Counted from the stretch's first letter, positions 13,938 to 27,947 are shown. The stretch is 64,000 nt of DNA from Felis catus (GCF_018350175.1 NC_058373.1:106952001-107016000), one strand, 5' to 3'. Notes: generated from the sequence alone by a model not told the origin. A program made the numbers and translations.

Positions 13938-14099
13938 AAATCACTGTGACTTTTAACTTAAGCAAGCCAATCTCTTTCAAAAAACTAAAGAAGAGTTTGG
14001 AGAAATGTTTCTAAGATGCTTCTTCTATTTTAATACTTTAATATAGTATATATGGTTTTGTGTTATGTTAATATGATTCTCAACTGACCAGTTTAACCA

Positions 14100-16845
14100 C
14101 TAAATTTTGATACAACAGCAACATGATAATGATAGGATACTTCAATACACTACTTTCAATAAAAAATAAAACAACCAGACAGAGAAATAAAGACCATAGA
14201 GAAATAGAGAAATAGAGACCACTGAACCTAACAGACATATAAAGAACACTCCACCCAACAACAGCAGGATATATAGTTTTCTCAAGTGCACTTGGGACAT
14301 TCTCCAGGACAGACCACATTTTAAGCCAAAAATTGCTTTTAACAACTCAAGAAGACTGAAATCACATCTTTTTCAATCCCAATGGAATAAAATTACAAAT
14401 AGATAACAGAAGGAAAACTGAGAAATTCACAAATATATAGAAATTAAACAACAAACTCTTAAACAACCAGTGGTTCAAAGAAGAAGTCACAGGGAAACTA
14501 GAAAATACCTTGACACAAATGTAAACAAAAAAACAACACAAAACTTAGGGGATTCAGCAATAGCTGGGCTAAGAGAGAAGTTAGCTGAAAATGTCTACTT
14601 TAAAAAAGGAGAAAGATTTCAAATCAACAACCTAACTTTACAACTCAAGAAACTAGGAAAAGAAGAAAAAACTAAACCCAAAGCTAGCAGAAGGAAGGAA
14701 ATAGTAAAGATTAGAGCAGAGCTCAATGAAACAGAATACAAAAACAGAAAAAAATGAAACTAAGAATTAATTGTTTGAAAAGATAAACAAAACTGACCAG
14801 CCCTTAGAGTAACTAAGAAAAAAAGAGAGAAGATTCAAATGACTAAAACTAAAAACAAAAGAGGCGACATTACCAACGCCACAGAATAAAAAAAAGATCA
14901 TAAGAGAATACTATGAATAACTGTATGCCAACAAATTGGATAACCCAGAAGAAATGGATAAATTCCTACAAACTCACAATCTACCAAGACTGAATCATGA
15001 AGAAATAGAAAATCAAAATAGATCAATAACTGGCAAGGAGATTGTATCCATAATCAAAAACCTCTCAACAAAGTCCAGGACCAGATGGTTTCACTGGAGA
15101 ATTTCTACCAAACACTTAAAAAGGAATTAATACCTATACTTCTAAAACTCTTCCAAAATACTGAAGAAGAGGGAACACTTTCAAACTCATTTTATAAGGC
15201 CAGCATTACCCTGATACCTTTCCACTACAAGAAAAGAAAATCTGACAATATCCCTGACAAAAACGCCAATACCCCTGACAAATATTGGTGCAAAAATCTT
15301 CAACTAGCAATTTGAATTCAGTAGCCCATTCAAAGGATTATATTACCATGACCAAATGGGATTTATTTGTGGAATGCAAGGATGCTACAATATATGCAAA
15401 TCAATAAATGTGATACACCAAACTAATAGAATGAAGGACAAAAACCACATGATTATTACAACTGATCCAGAAAAAGCATTTGATAAAATTCAGTCCCTTT
15501 CATGATAAAACACTCACCAAACTAGACGTAGAAAGAAATTACTTCAACATAATAAAATTTATATGTGAAAACCCTACAATTAACATCAAACTGAATGGTG
15601 AAAAACTCAAAGCTTTTCTTCTAAAATCAGCAATAAGGTAAGGATGCCTGCTCTTGCCATTTCTATTCAACATAACATTGGAATTCCTAGCCAGAGAAAT
15701 TAGGCAAGAAAAAAGAAATAAAAAGCATCAAAATTGGAAAGGAAGAAGCAGAATTATCTCTGTTTGTAAATGACATGAATTTATTTGCAGAAAACTTTAT
15801 AGATTTCACACACAAAAAAATGTTTTAGAATAAAAGAATTCAGCAAAATGGCAGGATACAAAATCAATACGCAAAAATCAGTTGTTTTCTACACTGAGAA
15901 TGGGTAATCCAAAAAGAATATTTGAAAAAGAATTCCATTTACAACAGCATAAAAAAGAATAAAATATTTAGAAATATACCTAAGAAGGTGAAAGACTTGT
16001 ATACTGAAAATTACAAGTTATTAATGAAAAAAAAACACAAATAAGTGAAAAAATACCTTGTGTTCATAGATTAGAAAACAATATTGTTAAAATACCCATA
16101 CTACCCAAAGCAATCTACAGATTCAACTCAATCCCCAACAAAATCCCAATGGCATTTCTTGTAGAAATAGACAAATTCATCCTAAAATTCATATGGAATC
16201 TCAAGGTACCCTAAATAGCCAAAGCAATTTTGAAAAATAATATTAGAGGACTCACACTTTCTGATTTTAAAACATATTACAAAGCTACCATATTCAAAAG
16301 AATGTGGTACTGACATCAAGATATATAAATACACCAGTGGAATAGAATAGAGAATCCAGAAATGAACTCATGTATATGGTTAAATGATCTTTTACAAAGT
16401 GTCTATTTAATGAAGAAAGAATAGTCTCTTCAAAAAATGGTGCTGGGAAAACTGGATATCCCCTGAAAAATAATGAAGCTGGACTGTTATACCATACATA
16501 AAAATTAACTCAAGAAGAATTAAAGACCCAAATGTAAGACTCAAAACAATAAAACTCCTAGAAGAAAACCTTGAGGAAAAGCTTCATGACAATGTATTTC
16601 TTGGATATTACACCCAAAGCACAGACAACAAAAGGAAAATTGGACAAGTGGGATTACATCGAGCTTAATACATTTTGTATCAAAGGACATAATCAACAAA
16701 GTAAAATGGCAACCAATGGAATGGTAGAAAATATTTTCAAATCACATATCTGATAAGGGGTTAATATCTGAAATATATAAAGCACTTCTACAACTCACCA
16801 ACAACAAAAATCAAATAACCCAACTTAAAAATGGACAAAGGGACC
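14100..16845 (+). mobile_element. Degenerate L1 ORF2 (EN end, RT)
   Basis: [27 protein letters not shown]...[12 protein letters not shown]-region sequence incl. ctgtttgtaaatgacatg (decayed FADD). Truncated at both ends. Confidence 0.92.
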
Positions 16846-16939
16846 ATACTTCTGATTGAGTACTTGGACTGCATAACCTAAAGGACAGTTAATATTGAGA
16901 ATATGTACAAATATCCAGTGAAACAGCTATATTTATTTT

Positions 16940-17143
16940 GGGGCACCTGGGTGGCTCAGTCAGTTGAGAGTCCAACTTCGGCTCAGGTCATGATCTCACG
17001 GTTTGTGAGTTCAAGCTCCGTGTTGGGCTCTCTGCTGTCAGTGCACAGCCTACTTTGTCCCCTGCTCTGTCCCCTGCTCTCTCTACCCCTTCCCCACTTG
17101 CACTTGCTCTCTCTCAAGAATTTTTTTAAAAAGTTAAAAAAAA
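16940..17143 (+). mobile_element. SINEC
   Basis: ggggcacctgggtggctcag head and A tail. Confidence 0.9.
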
Positions 17144-17326
17144 GCCCAACTATATTAATTTCATTGTTTCTTGTTACTTGTATTTTCTTCTTATCTTATG
17201 GAAAATTCCATTCTGAGGAATTACAAAGAGAAGGGTATTTATTTTCTTGAATGTGGTACACACACAGTAAACCAAGAAAGACAGTACTGAGAAAAGATTT
17301 AGTGTATGTTATTTACATGTGCTCCA

Positions 17327-17498
17327 GGAGTGCCTGGGTGGCTCAGTCAGTTGAGCATATGACTCTTGATTTCAGCTCAGGTCATGATCCCAGGGTTATG
17401 GGATCAAGCAAAGCATAGAACCTGCTTAAGATTCTCTCTCTCTCTCCCTCTGACCCTCTCTCCTGCTCAAACTCTCTCTCTCAAAAAAAAAAAAAAAA
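17327..17498 (+). mobile_element. SINEC (older subtype)
   Basis: Head, gactcttgatttcagctcaggtcatgatcccagg, poly A, TSD gtgctcca. Confidence 0.9.
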
Positions 17499-19207
17499 GT
17501 GCTCCAAAGTGAAGATTGATAAAACAGTACTTAAAAAAAAAGGAATGTTCAAACATATTAGGAACCCTAACATATTATTTACCCTAATTATCTCATTTGT
17601 CAGTACTAAGGAAAGATATGTAAATCCCCTTAAGTTTCTCTAACACTGGAATTTGCCATCAAAGCCAGAGGCAATTGTATCCTACTGAGTGCACATTAAA
17701 GCAGTCTAGAAACAGCTATTAAAATACATATACCCCAGTTCTGCCAAGATGGAGTACTTTTATTCCTCCCAGGACCTCCTCCCTGCAAATAAAAAAATCC
17801 TGGGGATACACAACAAAGAAAGATAGGAAGACTCTGAAAGACCTCAGACTGCCTACAGACCAAAGGGCTTAAGGATCAACATAGTGATTATTTCCTGAGT
17901 TTCCTTGTTACCTCCCATATATTCTGGACAAGGCACTACAGAAATCTCCAAACTGAAACCACTAACAGGAAAAAGCAAAACACAAAAACAAAAAACTACC
18001 AAGAAAAATCTGTTTTGCTTAGCCAAAGGACTGAATGGCCTAACAACAGAAAAGCTCTCAGCAATACTTAACCTACTCCAGCCAAACACCAATGGAAAAT
18101 CCCACTCCTCCTAAAAATGTACAAATAGCCCACAGGAAGGTAAGAAAAGGCAAACAGAAAAAACAAACAGAAAACAATAAAATAACTGACTTAACGCTTA
18201 ATGTATCAGTTATTACCTTAAATGTAAATAGTTTAAATATACCAATTAAAGACAGACATTGGCAGAGTGGCTGAGAAAACATCATCCAAAAGTATGCTGT
18301 ATATAATAAATTCACTTCAAGTACAATTACACAGGTAAGTTAAAAGCAAGAGATCAAGTGACATCAAAATGACAGAACAGGAAGTCCCAGCCCTCATTCC
18401 CATCTCCCCAACAACATAGATTTAACAACATAAATTACAAAATACCTTTATGAGAAGTCCAGAATTCAGTTAAGAAGTTGCAATATCCCACGTAGGTAAA
18501 AGTAGGTAAGAAATCCAAGATCAGCTGCACTAAAACAGTTAAGAGCAATTTCACTTAGTCTGCATTAGTCCCCTGAACCTGACACAGCTCATCACTAAGA
18601 AAGATTGTGACTCCTCCCTGGGTTAGGGGAAGAAGAGAGGGTGAGGTGAACATCCAACATCCCAAGCCTTTCAGTGCTGCAAATGAATTAATATGATATA
18701 CAACATTAATAGAATGAAGAATAAAAATCACATGATCATCTCAACAGATGCAGAAAAAACATTTCACAAAATTCAACACCATTTCATGATAAAAACTCTC
18801 AACATACTAGGTATAGAAGGAATTTATCTCAACACAACAAAGTCTATATATGACAAGCTCATAGCAGTTTTGAACATTTTATCTCGATTTTTTCAGTTTT
18901 TTTTAAAGAATTTTCTTTTTATTTAGCATTGAAATACTATAATACCTTTAAGGTTCCATTTGTTGAAATTTTACAACAAAAAACTCTATGTAAGCCTGAA
19001 AAATATAAAAAAGTATTAATAGTCCTTACTTGTGATTAATATTTTGGATTAAAATAACTTTTACAGTAATGCTGTCTAATTATGTGTTCTGCCAAGCACC
19101 TATCATTTTATGTTCTTTTTTTTAATTCTGAACTTAATATATTTGTATTTGAATATACAAGTCAAGTAAGTTGAACATGCACAAAATTCTTTACTAAGAA
19201 AATAAAT

Positions 19208-19455
19208 GGGGGGCACCTGGGTGGCTCAGTCAGTTAAGTAGCTGACTTCAGCTCAGGTCATGATCTCACGGTCCGTGAGTTCGAGCCCCGCGTCAGGCTC
19301 TGTGCTGGCAGCTCACAGCCTGGAGCCTGCTTCTGATTCTGTGTCTCCCTCTCTCTCTGCCCCTCCCCTGCTTGTTCTCTGTCTCTTTCTCTCTCAAATA
19401 ATAAAGATTAAAAAAAAAAAAGTAAAAAAAAAAAAGTAAATTCTTTAAAAAAAAA
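19208..19455 (+). mobile_element. SINEC_Fc
   Basis: Full head, TSD aagaaaataaatg. Confidence 0.92.
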
Positions 19456-20575
19456 GAAAATAAATGATTTAAGCGTTTTTAATTTAAAAAAAACCCTAAT
19501 TTGTGAAATAATAATAATAATAATAATAATAAAGTAAAAGAATAGAAAGAGATGTACATAAAAACATTATTTTTTAATAATAGCATAGAATAATATAGTA
19601 GGAGTGGCTATATTAACATCAGATAGATAGACTTCAAAACAATAAAAATTACAAGAGACAAAGAGGCACGTTACATATGATGAGAGGATCAACCCATTAG
19701 GAAGACTTTCTCTTAAATGTGTGTTACACCAGATGACAGAATCTCAAAGCCATGAAACAAAAACTGATAGGGTAAAAGAAGAAATAGACAAATTTACAAC
19801 TATACACTAGGGACTTAAATAACCCACTCAAAGCCATTACTACAAAACAACTACTAGGTGGCAAATCAGCAAGGATATAGATCTGAACAACACAATCAAC
19901 CAACAAGATCTGAAATATACAGAACCTATATATACCTAGCAACAGCAAAATACACATTTTTTTCTAGTGTCCATGAAACATTCACCAAGAGAGACCATAT
20001 TCTGGGCCACAGAAAAAATATCAACACACTCAAAAGAACTGAAATCTTAGAAAGTATATTCTGTAACCATAATGGAGCCAAAATACAAATCAGTAATAGA
20101 AAAACAATTAGGAAAGTCTTCAAATGCTTGGAAATAAAAATAACGCACTTCTAAATAACAAATAGATCAAAGAGGGAGTCTCAAAGAAAAATTTAAAAAT
20201 ACACAGAACTGTATGAAAGTGAAAATAAAACATATGAAAATATGTGGAATGCAGCTAGAGCAGTGCTGAGTATTAAATGCTAATATTAGGGGGAAAAAAA
20301 TCTTAAATCAATAATCTAAGTTCCTACCTCAAGAAACTATATAAAAAAAAAAGACAAAATAAACCTAAAGCAAGATGAAGGAATAAAATGATGAAGAGGA
20401 GAAATTAATGTAATTGAAATAGAGAAAAATCAATAAAAAGCTGTTTTTTTAAAAAAATTAGTAAATTGATAAATCTCCAACAATACCAACAAAGACAAAG
20501 AGAAGACCCAAATCACCAATACTAGCAATTAAACAGAGACCATTACCACAGATTCTGCTGCCATTAAGAGGAAAT

Positions 20576-21046
20576 ACTAGTCAGGTTCTCCAGAGAAACA
20601 GAACAGGTAATATGTGTATGTATAGAAAGAGACTTATTTTAAGGAATTGGCTCATGAGATTATGGCAACCCAGAGAAAAGCTCAGTGCTGCAGCTCAATT
20701 CTAAAGCTATCAAGTTGGAAACCCAGAAAAGAGCCAATATTGCAGTTCAAGTGTGAAGGCAGTCAGATTAGGGGCCCAGGAATAGTCAATGTAGTCCAAG
20801 TCCAGAAGCCATCTGGTGCAGTATGTAGCTTGGTCAGAGGAGGACAGTCTCTGTACTATTCAGGCCTTTAACTGATTGGATGAAGCACACTCACATTATG
20901 GAGGGCAATCTGCTTTACTAGAAGTCCATCAATTTAAATATTAATCTCATCGAAAAACACCCTCACAGAAACATCCAGAATAATGTTTGGCCAAATATCT
21001 AGGCACTGAGGCCCAGCCAAGTTGACACATAAAATTAACCATCACA
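20576..21046 (-). mobile_element. MLT2-type (ERVL) solo LTR inside L1
   Basis: Minus strand begins tgtgatggttaattttatgtgtcaacttgg and ends ctgtttctctggagaacctgactagta, matching recalled MLT2 termini. Confidence 0.85.
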
Positions 21047-22865
21047 ACTATGAATAATTTTATGCTCATAAGTTCAAAAACCAATTCCTCAAAAATCACA
21101 AACTACCAGAACTCAACGAAGATGAAGTAGAAAACCTCAATAAGTCCTAGGATGATTAAGGAAATTTAGTTTGTAATTAAAAAGCTTCCCCCAAAGAAAT
21201 CATTAGGCCCAGAAAGACACACTGGAAAATTCTATAAAACTTTTAAAGAGTTAACACCCATTGTACACAATATGTTCCAGAAAATAGAAGAGGAGGAAAC
21301 ACCTACCAATTCATTTTATAAGGCTGCTATTACACTGATAACCAAAGTCAGACCAAGCACAAAAAAAGAAACAAAAAACTACAGACCAATGTCTCTCATA
21401 ATGGGATTAATAATCCCATGAATTTCAGGCCTGAGAATTTTTCCCATAGAAATAAATCCATCAGGGCATAAAAAACATATAACCACTTATTGAATTTGTT
21501 CTTAGTGGCAAAACGCAGAAACAAGGGACTACCCATGAATTTGGTAGTGGTAGAATAATGACATATAATATTACACATCTATTAAAAAATGAATTAGTGC
21601 TACACCAATGGATTTGAATTTTAACAAAGTTGAGTTAGAAAACAAAATGAAGAAAAATATGTGTAATATAATCACCTTTTAATAAATAATGACAAAAATC
21701 CTATGTGTTTGTGAATATATGTATGTATGCATGTGAGCTTATATACTTTTTTATGATAACATGAGCATAGAAAAAAGACAGAAAGATACATCTCAGGTTG
21801 TTGATGTGGGTTACCTGGGGAGAAAAAGGTTTTGGGAACATCAGTATGGTAGAACGGGGGAAAAAAAAAGAGCAAAGAAAAAAGGAAAAAGAAAAAAAGA
21901 CTACATTAAAAAGTATGTAATAAAAATTACACATTTATGTAAAATGGTATGTCTGACTGGTGGTACTTTTTCTCATTATGTTTTCTAACAGATTACTGAT
22001 GGCATATAAAAGATATAGATTTTTATATTTTTATTTATATATGGCTCCCATGCTAAAATTCCTTATTAATTCTAATAGGTTTTCTATTGATTTTCTTGGG
22101 TAAACAATCATATAAGTTGAAAATAAAATTTTGGATTCTACCATTTAGTTCATATGTTTATTTCTTTTATTTTTTCTTCTTTGATTAGTTTGAAACTTTA
22201 GCTTCCAAAATAATATTAAAGAATACCAGTTTTCTCACTCATCCTTATTTTGCTTAATACCTCTAGGGTTTACATTAAGCACAATGTTCATTACAAGTTT
22301 GAGATCGTTTTTTGGGGGTTTTTGGAGATGGTGTATGTGTGCATCTTATCAGGAAACAATGCTGAACTTTAAGTAGTGTCTTTTCAACATCTATCAATAT
22401 ACATTTCTTATTCCTTTTACTTATTAATATAATAAATCATCTGAACAGGTTTAATATTAAACCATCATTGCATTTCACAAAATAAACTTTTGTGGGGACT
22501 GTTTAATATATTTCTGGACTTAATTTGTTAGTATTTTATTCAGAAGTTATTCCAAATTAGTTCATAAATCATGTATAATTTTCTTTTGTGTGTAATTATT
22601 GCCAGATTTTGACATCAGTTATTAAAATGAACTGAGATGTTCCATATTTTTCTGTGCTCAGAAATATTTTTAAAAGCATATGAGTTATCTGTTTTTGATA
22701 GTTTGATAGTAACAACCATTAAAACCTTTAAGGGCTGGTACATTTTTTTATAGAGGCTAATTTTAATAAACTTTTCAACTTGTTACATGATTGTTTTTCT
22801 TCTTGAGTCAGTTTTAATTATTTTTCTTTTAGAAAATCATTCATTCCATCAAAATAATCTTTATA

Positions 22866-23847
22866 GTGGCACAAAAACAAGACACTCAGATCAATGGAAC
22901 AGAATAGAGAACCCAGAAATGGATCCACAAACGTATGGCCAACTAATCTTTGACAAAGCAGGAAAGACTATCCAATGGAATAAAGACAATCTCTTCAGCA
23001 AGTGGTGCTGGGAAAACTGGACAGCAACATGCAGAAAAATGAACCTGGACCATTATCTTACACCATACACAAAAATAAACTCAAAATGATGAAAGACCTA
23101 AATGTAAGACAGAAAGCCACCAGAATCCTCAAAGAGAAAGCAGGCAAAAACCTCTTTGATCTTGGCTGCAGCAACTTCTTACTCAACACATCTCCAGAGG
23201 CAAGGGAAACAAAAGCAAAAATGAACTATTGGGACCTCATCAAAATAAACAATCAGCAAGACTAAAAGGCAACCAACAGAATGGGAGAAGATATTTGCAA
23301 AGGGCATATCAGACAAAGGGTTAGTATCCAAAATCCATAAAGAACTTATCAAACTCAACACCCAATAAACAAATAATCCAGTGAATAAATGGGCAAAAGA
23401 CATTAAAAGACACTTCTCCAAAGAAGACATCCAGATGACCAATCGACACATTAAAAAAATGCTCAACATCACTCATCATCAGGGAAATACAAATCAAAAC
23501 CACAATGAGATACCACCTCACACCTGTCAAAATGGCTAACATTAACAACTCAGGCAACAACAGATGTTGGTGAGAATGCGGAGAAAGAGGATCTCTTTTG
23601 CACTGCTGGTGGGAATGCAAACTGGTGCAGCCACTCTGGAAAACAGTATGGAGGTTCCTCAAAAAATTAAAAATAGAACTATCCTATGACCCAGCAATTG
23701 CACTACTAGGTATTTATCCAAGGGATACAGGTATGCTGTTTCGAAGGAACACATGTACCCCAATGTTTATAGCAGCACTATCAACAATAGCCAAGGTATG
23801 GAAAGAGCCCAAATGTCCATTGATGGATGAATGGATAAAGAAGATGT

Positions 23848-23903
<56 letters not shown>

Positions 23904-24745
23904 ATGGAGTGTTACTTGACAATCAGAAAGAATGAAAAAATCTTGCCATTTGCAACTACATGGATGGAACTAGAAGGTATTATGCTAAGCGAAATTAGTC
24001 AGAGAAAGACAAATATCATATGACTTCACTCATATGAGGCCTTTAAGACACAGAACAGATTAACATAAGGGAAGGGAAGCAAAAATAATATAAAAACAGG
24101 GAGGGGGACAAACATAAGAGACTCTTAAACATGGAGAACAAACAGAGGGTTACTGGAGGGATTGTGGGAGGGGGGATGGGCTAAATGGGTAAGGGGAATT
24201 AAGGAATCTACCACTGAGGTTTATATACACAATGGAGTACTACGTGGCAATGAGAAAGAATGAAATATGGCCCTTTGTAGCAATGTGGATGGAACTGGAG
24301 AGTGTTATGCTAAGTGAAATAAGCCATACAGAGAAAGACAGATACCATATGTTTTCACTCTTATGTGGATCCTGAGAAACTTAACAGAAACCCATGGGGG
24401 AGGGGGAGGGGAAAAAAAAAAGAGGTTAGAGTGGGAGAGAGCCAAAACATAAGAGACTCTTAAAAACTGAGAACAAACTGAGGGTTGATGGGGGGTGGGA
24501 GGGAGGGGAGGGTGGGTGATGGGTATTGAGGAGGGCACCTTTTGGGATGAGCACTGGGTGTTGTATGAAAACCAATTTGACAATAAATTTCATATATTGA
24601 GAAAAAAAAAGGAATCTACCACTGAAATCATTGTTGCACTATATGCTAACTAACTTGGATGTAAATTAAAAGAATAAAATAAAATAAAATAAAATAAAAT
24701 AAAATAAAATAAAATAAAATAAAATAAAATAAAATAAAATAAAAA
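22866..24745 (+). mobile_element. 5'-truncated carnivore L1 (ORF2 C-terminus, 3'UTR) with (AAAAT)n tail
   Basis: [45 protein letters not shown]; internal (TA)n(CA)n at 23851-23902. Confidence 0.95.
24218..24608 (+). mobile_element. Young L1_Fc-type 3' end nested in the previous L1
   Basis: 17-bp TSD aaggaatctaccactga at 24201-24217 and 24609-24625. Confidence 0.92.
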
Positions 24746-25884
24746 ACTTGACAGATCTTCCCAGTTTTTAAAAGAAGCTAGAAATTAAGTTTCATTAATA
24801 CCCCTTTTATTAAAAATAATTTTAGACTTACATCCATGCTAGTATCTTATATAGCCACAGCACAATTATTAAAACCAGAATATTAGCATTGATATATTAT
24901 TAACTCATGTGCATACCTTCTTCAAATTTCACCAATTGTCCCCCTAATATTTTTTTTCTGAAACAGGACCCAATCCAGATCCCATGTTGCATTTAGTCAT
25001 AACTCCTGTGTCCTAGTTTTTAATGTCAGCCATTATTTATAACATTGTGCAAGATTAACAAGACCTTAGACCTGCAGTTTGCTACTTCTGGACAAGCTAG
25101 GCATAACTGAAGCTTATGTCTTATGTTTTTATCAGCAACAGCTATCCGGGAACTCAAGTTAATATGGGGCTGAAGGAAAGATGACAGAATGTAGAGGAAG
25201 GACTGTTCATTACACCTCTTCTTTCCTTAGTTTTCCAGAGGAATTTTTTTTGTACTTCTTATATCATATAGAAACCAATTTTTAACTGCTTATTCTGGGA
25301 TTCCCTACATGTTGTATGACCTAGCATACAGTACATGTTGAATACTTATTAAATAAATGAGTGAATTCTGACAAGGACAAAATGCTTGCTGTCCATTTGA
25401 GAAAAGTTTCTACTAGCAAGAATGTATGTGTACTGCATTGTCATGGACATGTGATGTTTTTGTTTATCTATCATCTATCTTCCCTCCTTTCAGAATAGGA
25501 ATCTAATTTTCCTTTTAGAAACTACTTCCCCTGACTCCATACAGTCTTGGTGGAACCATCCATCAAGATACCAGGAAGTGATCACATAACCTAGATTACG
25601 CCAATTAGGCTTTCCTGGAAATTTTAATCTTGAGCAGAGTGATATAAGATGGAGACATGACTAGAGCTCATTCACTCCATTGGCAGAAGCTTGAAGAGAC
25701 TTATATCCCCAGAATTTCTCCAGTTCCTAGCCTTCCTAAGGTTCAGTTGTTCAGCTTTTGCTTCTATTTCATAGGCTATTCCCATCCTTCCAATAAATCC
25801 TCATTCCCCACCGCACCTTTTGTTTTGGCTTAACTTAGTAAGAGTCAGTTTCTATTGCTTACAAACAAAAAAATTTAAAATAAA

Positions 25885-25974
25885 TCAAACCCTGCACTGG
25901 GCTCCGTGGTAGGTGTGGAGCCTGCTTAAGATTCTTTTTCCCTCTTTGCCCCTCTCCTCCATTTGCACTCTCTC

Positions 25975-26010
<36 letters not shown>
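25885..26010 (+). mobile_element. 5'-truncated SINEC with long poly(A)
   Basis: ggagcctgcttaagattc...ctctctct followed by more than 30 A. Confidence 0.8.
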
Positions 26011-26012
<2 letters not shown>

Positions 26013-26326
26013 AGATACATAAAGGGGAAGTAGGAAGACTATTTCTAGATATTCTTCTCAAAACGAGAGGAAATTAAAGAGGAAAATGTAGTACATAAAA
26101 TTTAAGCTCTCCCTTTTTCCGTAGGTAAGCTAATCGCATGTCCTACATAATACTACAACTAATTTAATATCCATATTTCAAGTATATTATTGTATCATAG
26201 ATACTAATACATTTATATTATATACACAGGTCAGTGTAATTATATATTTATATAATATATATATATTATTATAATATATATATTAAATTTAACAAGTATA
26301 TATATCTTAATATAAAACAGTGAGAT

Positions 26327-26570
26327 GAGGGGCATATGGGTGGCTCAGTCATTTAAGCATCCAACTTTGGCTCATTTCATGATCTCATGGTTCATGGGTT
26401 CGAGCCCTGTGTCAGGCTCTGTGCTGACAGCTCAGAGCCTGGAACCTGCTTTGGATTCTGTGTCTCCCTCTCTCTACCCCTCCCCCACTCATGCGCACGC
26501 GCTCTCTCTCTCTCTCTCTCTGTCTCCCTCTCTCTCTCTCTCTCTCTCAAAAATAAACAAACATTAAATA
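26327..26570 (+). mobile_element. SINEC
   Basis: Long (CT)n; TSD tataaaacag(a)tgagat. Confidence 0.92.
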
Positions 26571-26654
26571 TATATATAAAACAGATGAGATATAGCAAAG
26601 GATACGATACTATTTTTTCATGCTAAAATTAGAGTTGATAGTTCATTTTAATTA

Positions 26655-26847
26655 AATAATTTGTTTGTTGTTTTGAGAGAGAGCACACAAGCAGAGGAGA
26701 GGGGCAGAGAGGGAGAGAGAGAATCCCAAGCAGGCTCCACACCCAGCATGGACAGTGACATGGGGCTTGATCTCACCACCATGAGATCATGACCTCGGCC
26801 AAAATCAAGAGTAGGACGCTCAGCCAACTGAGCCACCCAGGTGCCTC
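26655..26847 (-). mobile_element. SINEC
   Basis: TSD agagttgatagttcatttt. Confidence 0.92.
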
Positions 26848-27947
26848 AAGAGTTGATAGTTCATTTTAGAAAACAATGATTAGGCATTTCTCAAGCTACC
26901 AGATTAACATTTACTAAATTTAATATCACTTTCTTCAATAGATACTATGTTAATCTGAATATACACATAAAAATTTTACTTCCAATTCCTTGGTAATTTC
27001 TGACCCACCGTCTTCTAAAATAACCTGCCCTATAGCAGTCCTCATAGTTGACTTATAATAGAAAAAATAAAAATAATGACACATTTGAACCACTTACTTA
27101 TAAAAGTAAATCTGGACACATTTTGTATTATTTTTCTTATGCGTTTACAATGTAGAACTTGGAGATACTATAATTTGATAGGATTCTTGTTAGTGGTTTA
27201 TAAATCCATGCTTATTAACATTATAATAAAAATACATACATTTGCATTCAATTTAATTTCTTAGATTATAAAGATGTGGTAAGCATTGACCATCAAATGT
27301 CATCTCTCATATACTGATAGTGCAAATAAAAGGTAACTATATTTGAAGTCCTGGAAAAAATTGCTAAGCCTTCAGCATTCCCTTGTCAAAGTAATCATCA
27401 TAACTAAGAAGGAGCAATAAATGACAAAAACCAGGAATACAAATAATTTTACACTATGTCAGTACTTACCATTGATCTAGCCACCATGCTTAGTCTCTGA
27501 TGATCTTAATTCTGAAATGCCATTTCCTTTAAGAACTAATGTAAAATACATATAAGGTCCCACGAAATTCAAATAGTTATTCTAGATTGGTCTTGGTTTT
27601 ACAATCAGGAAGAAACAGATCATGAGGCATGTTAAACTGTGTAAATAAAAGAATTATTCCTTTTATACAGTATTTTTTGTATTCTTCCTTGTTATCTAAA
27701 CCAGATATCCATATGCAGCTGTGTATATGGATAGGTGAAAAATCTTATAAGTAAAATGGCAAGTGGTATATACATCAAGAGAGCTAGCCCATCAGTGTAT
27801 TTTATATAATTCTTGTTCTGTTTTAGGCCACCTGTACTTTCCAGAAAGGAGTAACTTTTCTCCTAGTATAGAAAAAGACTCACTGCATACAGTTTTTCTT
27901 TTTATATGGGGTAGAAGAGGCTGCTTCAGTATTCAATAAAAAATTTA

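Larger units (their letters stand above)
17740..21400 (+). mobile_element. Fragmented old L1 pieces (5' end, ORF2 start, EN-Z region) interrupted by other inserts
   Basis: SVITLNVNSLNIPIKD (ORF2 start, about 18200), YTFFSSVHETFTKRDHILGH (about 19950), RT fragment [18 protein letters not shown] (18693-18860). Confidence 0.75.

Noticed and set aside
23598..24023. 141-aa ORF with HCWWECK motif
   Set aside because: ORF2 C-terminus of a 5'-truncated L1; not an independent gene.
26240..26310. AT-only quasi-palindromic tract
   Set aside because: Degenerate (TA)n low complexity; self-complementarity is trivial.
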